Source: an uncultured Ktedonobacteraceae bacterium (GTDB lineage: Bacteria; Chloroflexota; Ktedonobacteria; Ktedonobacterales; Ktedonobacteraceae). Taken from it: a stretch of DNA of 64,000 bases. Below the pieces are notes generated by a model. The model made no database searches. It saw only the letters and a list, made by a program, of their open reading frames with translations, and was not told where the DNA came from. This document shows positions 28,304-36,408 of this stretch, piece after piece. The position numbers were made by a program, and so were the translations under genes. Position 1 is the first letter of the stretch. Each line of letters begins with the position of its first letter. The stretch lies in the NCBI GenBank assembly GCA_964250805.1, contig CAXUHG010000004.1, forward strand, positions 25,730-89,729. Direction: 5' to 3'.

Positions 28304-28392
28304 AGGGCACCCGCAAGGGGATGCCCCTCCCATATGACATTACGTCATAGGCTTACTCGTGTATGGGAGGGGCATCCCCTTGCGGGTGCCCT
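28304..28392. repeat. Perfect 31-bp inverted repeat with a 27-nt spacer inside the sdh operon (sdhD/sdhA junction)
   Basis: AGGGCACCCGCAAGGGGATGCCCCTCCCATA ... TATGGGAGGGGCATCCCCTTGCGGGTGCCCT. Each arm also contains a local CCC-GCAA-GGG mini-hairpin. Confidence 0.7.
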
Positions 28393-28408
28393 GTTGCCCA
28401 TCTTGTGT

Positions 28409-28822
28409 TTACCTTGGAGTACATGCAGGGCCGAGTGCGCCAGTGTGCTGGAAGGTAATGAGTGTAATGGTACCTAACATAAAAAAGACAAGCAATAAGA
28501 CCGCCGAAGTGGACAGCAACGCAAGGCGCGGGCCGCGTGCGCGTACATAGTCGTCGATTACGACGCGCAACCCATTCATGCCGTGAGTGAGGCCAAGTGT
28601 GAGCAGGAGCCAGTCGAAGAGTCGCCACAGCGGATTATCGTAACGCATTGCCACAAACTGATAGGTTGTACAATGCACATCGTTGGTCACATGCATAATG
28701 AACAGGTGGATGATTACGAGAAAGATTAGTACCACGCCAGAAACACGGAAGTAGTACCAGGAAAAGGTCTCGAAGCCGCCGCTTGTCGGGCGTGGACCGC
28801 GACCGGTCGATACACGTAACAT
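28409..28822 (-). CDS. sdhD: Succinate dehydrogenase hydrophobic membrane anchor subunit
   Basis: 137 aa with about 3 TM helices, located between sdhC and sdhA. Confidence 0.7.
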   Translation of the reverse strand: MLRVSTGRGPRPTSGGFETFSWYYFRVSGVVLIFLVIIHLFIMHVTNDVHCTTYQFVAMRYDNPLWRLFDWLLLTLGLTHGMNGLRVVIDDYVRARGPRLALLSTSAVLLLVFFMLGTITLITFQHTGALGPACTPR

Positions 28823-28860
28823 AAATACAATCTCCTCTTATTACAATTTCAACGTTCTCA

Positions 28861-29250
28861 TCAATGTCCAGAAACGCTACTCGTAGGTACATGTGTAAAC
28901 CAGTAGAGGCCGGGGACAATCACAAAGTAGGACATTGGCAAGAACACAAGAATCGTGAGCGCGAGAACACCTATGAACATCGCACGCTGATAGCGTGCGC
29001 CCTTACGCCAGAAGTCAATGAACATGATACGTACACCGTTGAAGGCATGGAACAGCACCGCTCCAATCAATGCCAGCGAGAGCAAACGAACAATGAACTG
29101 ATCGAAAAACGCAATACCATCATCGTAGACCAGTGGCCCGAAGCCGAGCAACGACACATCGACGATATGGATAAATAAGAACAAGAGAATGCCGAGTCCT
29201 GTCACGCGGTGCAGTAGCCAGGACCACATGCCGGATTGACCTTTGTACAT
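28861..29250 (-). CDS. sdhC: Succinate dehydrogenase cytochrome b subunit
   Basis: MYKGQSGMWSWLLHRVTGLGILLFLFIHI..., 3 TM helices with the conserved His. The start is at the ATG at 29250 (SD GAGGA). Confidence 0.8.
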   Translation of the reverse strand: MYKGQSGMWSWLLHRVTGLGILLFLFIHIVDVSLLGFGPLVYDDGIAFFDQFIVRLLSLALIGAVLFHAFNGVRIMFIDFWRKGARYQRAMFIGVLALTILVFLPMSYFVIVPGLYWFTHVPTSSVSGH

Positions 29251-29395
29251 CTTTTCCTCAATTCTGGAGGTAGGAGAGAGATGGGGTAGAAGATGGGCAA
29301 GAAAATAGCACGGCACCCCATCGTGCCTTCCTAGCCAAGTTACTTGATATTGCATATTTATTATACGTCAAGGTGTACAGTGGCGCAAAGGGGGA

Positions 29396-29459
29396 ATGTA
29401 TTGACGAAAAATATTTACAGCGCGCGACAGCGAACTGTAAATATTTTTCGTCAATACAT
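29396..29459. promoter_or_regulatory. Perfect 25-bp inverted repeat with a 14-nt spacer in the divergent sdhC / lipoprotein intergenic region
   Basis: ATGTATTGACGAAAAATATTTACAG-cgcgcgacagcgaa-CTGTAAATATTTTTCGTCAATACAT. Neither flanking gene ends here. Confidence 0.4.
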
Positions 29460-29551
29460 AAAACGCTCAAAAACACTTGCCAAAAACACTTGAAATTTGC
29501 GCGAAAATAGTGTACACTTTATGAGTAATAAATTTTCCAGAGAAAATATCT

Positions 29552-29654
29552 CGACGCCAAAAGCGTCGTTTTAGAGTGGGTTGTGTTTCGCCCTTGCATA
29601 GGCAGACCGTCGAGGTATGTGCAAGGGTGTGTAGGCATAACCCACTCTTTTTTG
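29552..29654 (+). terminator. Two consecutive U-tract hairpins (canonical intrinsic-terminator shape) in the leader of the lipoprotein gene
   Basis: The first is CGACGC-caaaa-GCGTCG-TTTT (29552-29572). The second is AGAGTGGGTT ... AACCCACTCT-TTTTTT (29573-29654) with a nested stem CCCTTGCA/TGCAAGGG. A TTGAAA-17 nt-TACACT promoter-like pair lies at 29490-29518. Confidence 0.4.
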
Positions 29655-29731
29655 TTGTCTCTCATATATGCTATACTGCAAATAAAGAATTAGAACAAAT
29701 AACCCTTTGGTATCTCTATAAGGAGCCTTCC

Positions 29732-30928
29732 ATGATTCTCTCTCGTTTGAGGAATCCAATACTTGTACCTGCCCTTCTGCTTACTGCATTGCTATTGTTA
29801 GCAAGCTGTGGTGGTAGCAGTACACCTTCAGTACAGACAAAGCCAACACCGACCCCTTCACCAACGCCAACGTTAGGGCAAGGGCAACAGATATTGAACA
29901 CAATGGCGAACAAGCTGAATACGGCTAAGACGCTACATGGGATCTTCGATCTGACCATTTCAGGACAAACTGTGAGCGGAGATGCAAATACTGAGGTGTG
30001 GAATGCGACACCAAATAAAAACCGGACTGTTGTGCTACAATCCTCGATAACGCAACTGACAACGGGAACCGTCAATGTCACCGACGGTAAGCAGCAGTGG
30101 CAATACGACCCCGCGCAAAAAGTGGTCTATACTGGCCCAGTCGTTGCTACTACAGGGACGCCAACTGGTGGACAGGGCGGCGTGGGGAGTAGTGGTACAC
30201 AAGGCAACCAGAGCCTCTTTCTGCTCAACCTTGTGCAAAGCGTCTTTACGCAAAGCGATGGTACGCTGAAATCCTCAAATGCTACCGTCAATGGACACAG
30301 TGCCTACGATATCCACGTTGTGCCTTCAACGAGCGGTACTAGTACGGGAACGCCAGCAAGCTTTAGCTATACAGGCGAAGTCTACATCGACAAAACGACG
30401 CAACAACCCGTGCAGGTCAACCTGGACATTCAAGGCGTGGGCAACGTTGTACTGAACATACCTACACTCGAACTGAGTCAGTCCATTCCTGCCAGCACCT
30501 TTACCTTTGTCGTTCCGCAAGGCGTCAAGGTGCTACCATTCTCGCAACTTAGCGCAACGCCCAGTTCTGGTAGTGGCACGCTCACGCTCGTACAGGCGCA
30601 ACAACAGGCGGGCTACCATCTCCTGAGCATTCCAGCAAGCCAGAGCGAGTACACGCTCAACGGCGTCAACGCCCTCGGTGCCCCCGGCAACCAGATATAC
30701 ACCCTCAATTACATGAAGGGTAATACCACTATCACGATTGCCGAGGGTAAACCACTCGCTAATCTTCCTGGCTCCGGTCAGTCAATCAGCATTCGTGGCA
30801 CCACCGCGACTGTTTCGACTACTGCTGGTAACACCACGCTGGTCTGGACAGAAAAGGGCGTTGGTATTCGTATTACGTCAAGTCTGAGCAGTGATCAGGT
30901 TGAGAGCATTGCGAAGAGTCTAGCGTAA
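29732..30928 (+). CDS. Lipoprotein with a LolA-like fold region and a C-terminal DUF4367-like domain
   Basis: The start is at the ATG at 29732 (SD AAGGAG at 29720-29725). Signal plus lipobox LLLASCGG, a TP-rich linker, and the C-terminus ...IRGTTATVSTTAGNTTLVWTEKGVGIRITSSLSSDQVESIAKSL. Confidence 0.6.
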   Translation: MILSRLRNPILVPALLLTALLLLASCGGSSTPSVQTKPTPTPSPTPTLGQGQQILNTMANKLNTAKTLHGIFDLTISGQTVSGDANTEVWNATPNKNRTVVLQSSITQLTTGTVNVTDGKQQWQYDPAQKVVYTGPVVATTGTPTGGQGGVGSSGTQGNQSLFLLNLVQSVFTQSDGTLKSSNATVNGHSAYDIHVVPSTSGTSTGTPASFSYTGEVYIDKTTQQPVQVNLDIQGVGNVVLNIPTLELSQSIPASTFTFVVPQGVKVLPFSQLSATPSSGSGTLTLVQAQQQAGYHLLSIPASQSEYTLNGVNALGAPGNQIYTLNYMKGNTTITIAEGKPLANLPGSGQSISIRGTTATVSTTAGNTTLVWTEKGVGIRITSSLSSDQVESIAKSLA

Positions 30929-31008
30929 CGCATTAGGAAAGAAAACATGAATGGAGATAGCAAGCGTGCTTGCTATCTCCATTCATGTTTTCTTTCCTAA
31001 TGCGTTAC
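30925..31008. terminator. Perfect 41-bp inverted repeat with a 2-nt spacer, the longest in the window
   Basis: GTAACGCATTAGGAAAGAAAACATGAATGGAGATAGCAAGC-gt-reverse complement. The left arm contains the TAA of the lipoprotein gene. The right arm encodes the last codons (V-T-H-stop) of gcvPB. Confidence 0.6.
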
Positions 31009-32484
31009 TTCTTGCCCCTCAATCCATCTCAAATTGGGTTTACGAGCGGCTAATGCTTGGTCAAGTCGCCCAACGACAGTGGTGTGTGGTGCTGTGCGGA
31101 CGATTTCGGGGTTTGTACGCGTCTCCTCGGCGATCTGGTGCATGACGCTGACGAAGTTATCGAGCGTTTCGCGTGTCTCCGTCTCGGTTGGCTCGATCAT
31201 TAGAGCCTCGTGGACGATCAACGGGAAGTACACCGTTGGCGCATACATGCCGAAGTCGAGTAAGCGTTTGGCGATGTCGAGGGCGGTCACGTTGTGTTCG
31301 TCCTTCTGTCGCTGTGCCGTCACCACAAATTCATGCTGACATGTCTGAGGATAGGCCACATCGTAGTCTGCCGCTAACTCATGTTTAAGATAGTTGGCGT
31401 TGAGAATGGCACTCTCGGAGACATGCTTGAGACCGTCGGGACCATTGCTACGCATGTAGGTGTAGGCACGTACCAGAACACCAAAGTTGCCCAGGTTAGC
31501 ACGCACCTTACCAATGGATTGTGGACCCATATCTTGCCAGAAGTACGTTCCATCCTCATTTTTTGCGGGCATTGGTCCTGGCAAGAATGGTACGAGATGA
31601 GCATTTACACCAATCGGACCCGCACCAGGACCACCACCACCATGTGGCGTACTACACGTCTTGTGCAGGTTGAAATGTACAACGTCGAAGCCCATGTCGC
31701 CCGGACGCGTGATGCCAAGTACAGCATTAGCGTTCGCACCATCGTAGTACAACTGTCCTCCAACCTCGTGTACCATTTGCGCGATCTCGGCGATGTTGGC
31801 ATCGAACAGGCCGAGCGTGTTAGGATTGGTCATCATAATCGCGGCTATATTCGCACCATTTGACTCTAGCAACATCTTTAGATGCTCCATGTCGATGCCG
31901 CCCGTTTGCGCGTCGCTCTTGACCTCAACTGCCTTATAGTCGGCAAGGGTTGCGCTCGCGGGATTGGTACCATGCGCGTTATCGGGAATTAAGACAAGGT
32001 TACGGTGCCCCTCACCCTTACTTTGATGATGAGCTTTGATGAGCATAAGACCTGTCAATTCGCCATGCGCTCCTGCCGATGGTTGCAGCGTTACACGCGT
32101 CATACCCGATATTTCCGCCAGATATTGCTCTAACTCGTACATGAGTTGAATTGCACCCTGCACTGTGCTTTCAGGTTGCAAGGGATGAATATGCGCGAAA
32201 CCAGGGAGAGCTGCCATATCCTCATTCAACTTGGGATTGTACTTCATCGTGCAGGAGCCAAGCGGGTAGAAGCCTGTATCAACGCTGAAATTGCGCTGTG
32301 ACAGGTGCGTATAATGGCGCACCACCTCGATTTCGCTTACCTCTGGCAACGGCGCGGGTGTCTCACGTAACAGACTAGAGGGAATCATTTCGTCTAGCGA
32401 CTCTGTAGGGACATCCATTGCTGGTAGTGTCGCGGCACGGCGTCCCGTTGCCCCTTTTTCAAAAATCAAGCTCTCTACGCTCAT
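30997..32484 (-). CDS. gcvPB: Glycine dehydrogenase (aminomethyl-transferring) subunit 2
   Basis: 495 aa with the PLP region ...[17 protein letters not shown]... . Its start overlaps the gcvPA stop (ATGA). Confidence 0.92.
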   Translation of the reverse strand: MSVESLIFEKGATGRRAATLPAMDVPTESLDEMIPSSLLRETPAPLPEVSEIEVVRHYTHLSQRNFSVDTGFYPLGSCTMKYNPKLNEDMAALPGFAHIHPLQPESTVQGAIQLMYELEQYLAEISGMTRVTLQPSAGAHGELTGLMLIKAHHQSKGEGHRNLVLIPDNAHGTNPASATLADYKAVEVKSDAQTGGIDMEHLKMLLESNGANIAAIMMTNPNTLGLFDANIAEIAQMVHEVGGQLYYDGANANAVLGITRPGDMGFDVVHFNLHKTCSTPHGGGGPGAGPIGVNAHLVPFLPGPMPAKNEDGTYFWQDMGPQSIGKVRANLGNFGVLVRAYTYMRSNGPDGLKHVSESAILNANYLKHELAADYDVAYPQTCQHEFVVTAQRQKDEHNVTALDIAKRLLDFGMYAPTVYFPLIVHEALMIEPTETETRETLDNFVSVMHQIAEETRTNPEIVRTAPHTTVVGRLDQALAARKPNLRWIEGQEVTH

Positions 32485-33866
32485 ACGTGTACCCTCTCAA
32501 CTTCCTTAGGTGTAGACACAGCAACCTCTTGTAGCACAGCGACCAGCGCGTCGATATCTTCTCTTGTGCGCGTCTCTGTGACACAGAACAACATATAGTT
32601 CTCCATATTGTCATAATCTGCACTCAACGAATAACCGCCGATGATACCAGCTTGCTCGAAATGTTGTTGTAGTTGGATTGCGCTAACAGGTAGCTTCACC
32701 ACAAATTCGTCATAAAATGGACTCGTGAAGGCGGCTTCAAATCCTGGTAGAGCGGTAATCTGGCGGAATGCGTAGTGTGCTTTTTGCAGACATAGCTCGC
32801 CTAACTCGCGGAAGCCCTGCTTGCCGAGGGCAGCCATATAGATGGTCGCGCCCACAGCCAACAACGATTGATTGGTGCAGATATTCGAGGTAGCGCGTTC
32901 GCGGCGAATGTGTTGCTCGCGCGTCTGCAACGTTAGCACATAGCCCGTCTGTTTCTTCTCGCCCTCTTCGACGGTCTGCCCCACGAGTCGCCCAGGCAAT
33001 AAGCGCATAAATTTCTGTTTTGCCGCCATAAAGCCGAGGGCAGGGGCACCATAGCTCATCGTATTGCCAAAGCTCATTAGTTCGCCAACGGCGATATCGG
33101 CACCATATTCGCCTGGTGCCGCAAGAATGCCAAGCGAAGCAGGTTCAGTGATGGTTGTCACGAACAATGCCTTGCCTTTGTGCGCGATACGTTCGATAGC
33201 GCGAACATCCTCAACACAACCAAAGAAGTTCGGTTGCTGCACAATCACGGCGGCAGTCGTTGCACTTACAGCCGCATCGAGAGCAGCGATTGGTGTCACG
33301 CCGTTTTGTGTCGGCACCTCTTTAATCTGGAAACCACGCGCGAAGGCATACGTATGTAGTACACGGCGGTACTGCGGATCAACGCCCTCCGAAATCACAA
33401 CCTCGCCGCGTCCACCAGGACCAAGTGCCATCAAGACCGCCTCGACTAGTGCCGTCGAGCCATCATAGAGCGAGGCATTGGCGATGTCGAGACCAGTGAT
33501 TTGACACACCATCGTCTGAAATTCGTAGATCGCTTGCAACATGCCCTGACTGACCTCCGCTTGATAGGGAGTGTAGGAGGTTACAAACTCTGAGCGACGT
33601 TGCAGGTGTGGCACCACGCTCGGAATAGCATGATCGTAGGTACCTGCGCCAAGAAACGAGATAGTTGTATCAATATCTTTATTTTTCGCCGCCATTCGTG
33701 TGAGCAAGCGTTTAAGGTCAGGTTCCGCCATTGCCTGTGGTAGATCGAGTGGACGCTCCAGCCGCACATGCTCTGGCACCGTCGTCAGCAGGTCTTCCAT
33801 GCTAGAGAGGCCGAGCCGCTCTAGCATAGCCTGCTGCTCTTCGGACGTATTCGGTACATAATGCAT
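32481..33866 (-). CDS. gcvPA: Glycine dehydrogenase (aminomethyl-transferring) subunit 1
   Basis: [19 protein letters not shown]..., ...[12 protein letters not shown]... . The start is at the ATG at 33866 (SD GGGGAG 8 nt upstream) rather than the track start at 33941. Confidence 0.9.
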   Translation of the reverse strand: MHYVPNTSEEQQAMLERLGLSSMEDLLTTVPEHVRLERPLDLPQAMAEPDLKRLLTRMAAKNKDIDTTISFLGAGTYDHAIPSVVPHLQRRSEFVTSYTPYQAEVSQGMLQAIYEFQTMVCQITGLDIANASLYDGSTALVEAVLMALGPGGRGEVVISEGVDPQYRRVLHTYAFARGFQIKEVPTQNGVTPIAALDAAVSATTAAVIVQQPNFFGCVEDVRAIERIAHKGKALFVTTITEPASLGILAAPGEYGADIAVGELMSFGNTMSYGAPALGFMAAKQKFMRLLPGRLVGQTVEEGEKKQTGYVLTLQTREQHIRRERATSNICTNQSLLAVGATIYMAALGKQGFRELGELCLQKAHYAFRQITALPGFEAAFTSPFYDEFVVKLPVSAIQLQQHFEQAGIIGGYSLSADYDNMENYMLFCVTETRTREDIDALVAVLQEVAVSTPKEVERVHV

Positions 33867-34095
33867 AAAAAATGCTCCCCTTCGAGAATCGTTGTCTAGC
33901 CAAGCCCCTATTTCGTCAGATAACGTTTTACGAATGAACAAGGGGAGTCGCTACGACAATATAAAGACACATAGTTCTGGCAGCTATGTACAGGAGAACT
34001 ATGTTACTTATCTTGAATGTAGACATTTTCATTATATCCCATCGGAAGGGCAAACATCCAAGAATGCATGGTGTATTGGGAATGGACAAACTCTG

Positions 34096-34166
34096 GTAGG
34101 GACCGATTTATCACGTCCTTGTTCGGGAATTGATTGCTCACAAGGACGTGATAAATTGGTCTCTAC
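34096..34166. repeat. REPIN-like element, short form (family 1 variant)
   Basis: GTAGGGACCGATTTATCACGTCCTTG-19 nt-CAAGGACGTGATAAATTGGTCTCTAC, with two mismatches between the arms. Confidence 0.8.
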
Positions 34167-34247
34167 AGGCATGTTGCCGCCACATTCGGTGCTACAATAT
34201 CTATAATAAACATTTTCATTATAGAGCGGAAGGACAAATTCCAGGTT

Positions 34248-34982
34248 ATGACACATCTTTACCTTATTCGTCATGGAGAGGCAACCACGCAGATGGGGAA
34301 GTCACTACATGATTACGGCTTAACCCCCATTGGCGTGCGACAGGCGGAGAGACTGCGCAACCGTTTAGCGGCAACAGGCGAAATCGCGCCGGACGTATTT
34401 ATCGCCAGTACGCTACCACGAGCGCGTCAGACGGCACAGATTATCGCACCCGCATTTCGAGAGATGCCAATTATCTTCGACGACGAGGTACAAGAACTAC
34501 ATCCAGGCGAAGCAGAGAATATGACAGTAGATGAGTTCCGTAAGAAATTTGGCGGCTACAATCTGGACCAAAATCCCTTTCATCCCGTTTCGCCCGGAGG
34601 CGAAACGTGGGGTCAGTTCATTTTACGTGCAGGCTCGGCACTGCATCGTATCATTACCGAGCACGATGGCAAAAACATTGTCGTAGTGTGTCATGGCGGT
34701 ATAATCGACGCCTCGTTTATCTACTTCCTCAACATGGATACATTGCGTCTACCTGAAGTACGTTTTGACACGCGCAACGCCTCCATCACCTATTGGAGCA
34801 AGACAGCACCCTTTGAGAACAGGAAACCACGCTGGCGACTCGTGCGCTACAACGACGATATGCATGTGCGTGGCCTCGAAGAAAACTTCGATATTCCGTG
34901 GCAAGAGATGCCTCTACCACCCTATCAGAAATGGTTCGAGGCAGGACGACCACAATCCTCACAATCTCCCGCCGAGAAATAA
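34248..34982 (+). CDS. Histidine phosphatase (phosphoglycerate-mutase-like) family protein
   Basis: The RHGE motif in MTHLYLIRHGEAT and a later ...VVCHGGII... segment. Confidence 0.8.
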   Translation: MTHLYLIRHGEATTQMGKSLHDYGLTPIGVRQAERLRNRLAATGEIAPDVFIASTLPRARQTAQIIAPAFREMPIIFDDEVQELHPGEAENMTVDEFRKKFGGYNLDQNPFHPVSPGGETWGQFILRAGSALHRIITEHDGKNIVVVCHGGIIDASFIYFLNMDTLRLPEVRFDTRNASITYWSKTAPFENRKPRWRLVRYNDDMHVRGLEENFDIPWQEMPLPPYQKWFEAGRPQSSQSPAEK

Positions 34983-34985
34983 ATA

Positions 34986-35030
34986 AGAGGTGCAATAAAA
35001 TTGGGCGATGCCCAGTTTTATTGCACCTCT
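34986..35030. terminator. 20-bp inverted repeat (one G.T pair) with a 5-nt loop
   Basis: AGAGGTGCAATAAAATTGGG-cgatg-CCCAGTTTTATTGCACCTCT. The right arm contains the stop of the WD40 gene (35018-35020). Confidence 0.55.
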
Positions 35031-35890
35031 TGAATATTCACCTGCTTATTGCTTGCGGACACAATATAGTCATTGTTGGGAGACCATGCGACGACACGTA
35101 TCCATGCATTTTGCTCCGCATATGTCTTAACATGCTTCCCCGTAAGCGCATTCCATATCTGCACAGTTGTATCATCGCTACCAGAAACGATGCATGCGCT
35201 ATCAGGCGACCACGCAAGTGTCTTGACTGCCGCTTGATGCCCTGTATAAATGCAGAGAGTAGCCCCGTTCTGAGCATTCCATATGGAAACCGTACTCTCT
35301 TGACCAGCCGAGGCGATGTATTGACCATTTGGAGACGATTGAGTTGCATACACAGGGCCAGTATGACCGCGATACGTTTGAGCTATCGTACCATTGAACG
35401 CATCCCAAAGTTGTACGGCACCATCAAAACTCCCTGATGCGATTATTGAGTTATGTGGCAACCAGGAAACCGCAAAGATGCGATATTGGTCAGTATACGT
35501 ATAGATATGCGCTCCACTTAGAGCTTCCCAGACCTGTACTGTACTATCGCCAAAGTCGCCACCCGATGCGATAAAGCGGCTATCAGGCGACCACGCGATA
35601 TTACGCACGAAACGTACATGTTCGCTATAGATATATTGAGTTGCGCCAGTTTTTGCGTTCCAAACATGCACTCTACCATCGGTATCACCCGACGCGACAG
35701 ATGTGCCATCGGGCGACCATGCGACCGAGAGAATGTAGTTATTGTGAGCAGTGTAGACAAGAGAGGTTACGCAAGTATGGGCGTCCCACACCTGCACTGT
35801 TTTATCGCGTCCAGCGGAGGCGACGAAATGACCATCGGGCGATATTGATAGCGCAAACACATTGTCGTTATGACCTGTGTAGTGCTGCAT
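35018..35890 (-). CDS. WD40-repeat beta-propeller protein (about 7 blades)
   Basis: Repeated ...H...V..VAWSPDG..IASG..D.TVQ(V/I)W(D/N)... units. The start is at the ATG at 35890, 2 nt after the mogA stop. Confidence 0.85.
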   Translation of the reverse strand: MQHYTGHNDNVFALSISPDGHFVASAGRDKTVQVWDAHTCVTSLVYTAHNNYILSVAWSPDGTSVASGDTDGRVHVWNAKTGATQYIYSEHVRFVRNIAWSPDSRFIASGGDFGDSTVQVWEALSGAHIYTYTDQYRIFAVSWLPHNSIIASGSFDGAVQLWDAFNGTIAQTYRGHTGPVYATQSSPNGQYIASAGQESTVSIWNAQNGATLCIYTGHQAAVKTLAWSPDSACIVSGSDDTTVQIWNALTGKHVKTYAEQNAWIRVVAWSPNNDYIVSASNKQVNIQEVQ

Positions 35891-35892
35891 AA

Positions 35893-36378
35893 TTAGTGTT
35901 CTCGTGGTCCCTCGGTTAGCAGATTGACAGCATGAGGCAATACAGGCAGGATGTATTCGAGGCATTCTTTGACAGCTTTTGGACTACCGGGGAGATTGAT
36001 AATCAGAGTACGCCTACGTACACCAGCGACGCCACGTGATAACATTGCCATCGGCGTGTATTGTAAGCTGATTGAGCGCATCGCCTCCGCAATACCAGGA
36101 GCCTCGCGCTCGATAACCATAAGCGTCGCCTCTGGTGTGACATCGCGCGGTGCGAGTCCTGTACCGCCTGTGGTTAGGATAAGATTGAGGTGTTGCACGT
36201 CGCTCCATTCGCGCAAGACTGCCGTGATTGCGTCTGTCTCGTCAGGTACCACTGTTGCCGCACCTATAGTTGCTTCGGGAAGTTGTAGCGCGAGTGTACG
36301 GATATTTTCGCCGCTGGTATCTTGCCGCTCGCCTCTGGCTGCTCCATCGCTGATTGTCAGAATGCCAACCGTAATCAT
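35893..36378 (-). CDS. mogA: Molybdenum cofactor biosynthesis protein MogA/MoaB family (molybdopterin adenylyltransferase)
   Basis: 161 aa: ILTISDGAARGERQDTSG ..., LILTTGGTGLAPRDVTPEAT ..., INLPGSPKA. Confidence 0.85.
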   Translation of the reverse strand: MITVGILTISDGAARGERQDTSGENIRTLALQLPEATIGAATVVPDETDAITAVLREWSDVQHLNLILTTGGTGLAPRDVTPEATLMVIEREAPGIAEAMRSISLQYTPMAMLSRGVAGVRRRTLIINLPGSPKAVKECLEYILPVLPHAVNLLTEGPREH

Positions 36379-36408
36379 ATATTCCTCAGCCTTGATCCGA
36401 TATCTTTT

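Noticed and set aside
33867-34247. A possible glycine riboswitch upstream of gcvPA, suggested by fragments such as CACCGAATGTGGCGGCAA on the minus strand and CGGAAGGGCAA / GGACAAACTCTGG on the plus strand
   Set aside because: The fragments lie on different strands, and part of them belongs to the dispersed REPIN element. I could not assemble the full conserved core (GGAGAG, ACCGAAGGGGCAA, CUC.GGC.AAAGGAC) in the correct order on the gcvPA strand. I keep this only as a question to settle with a covariance-model scan.
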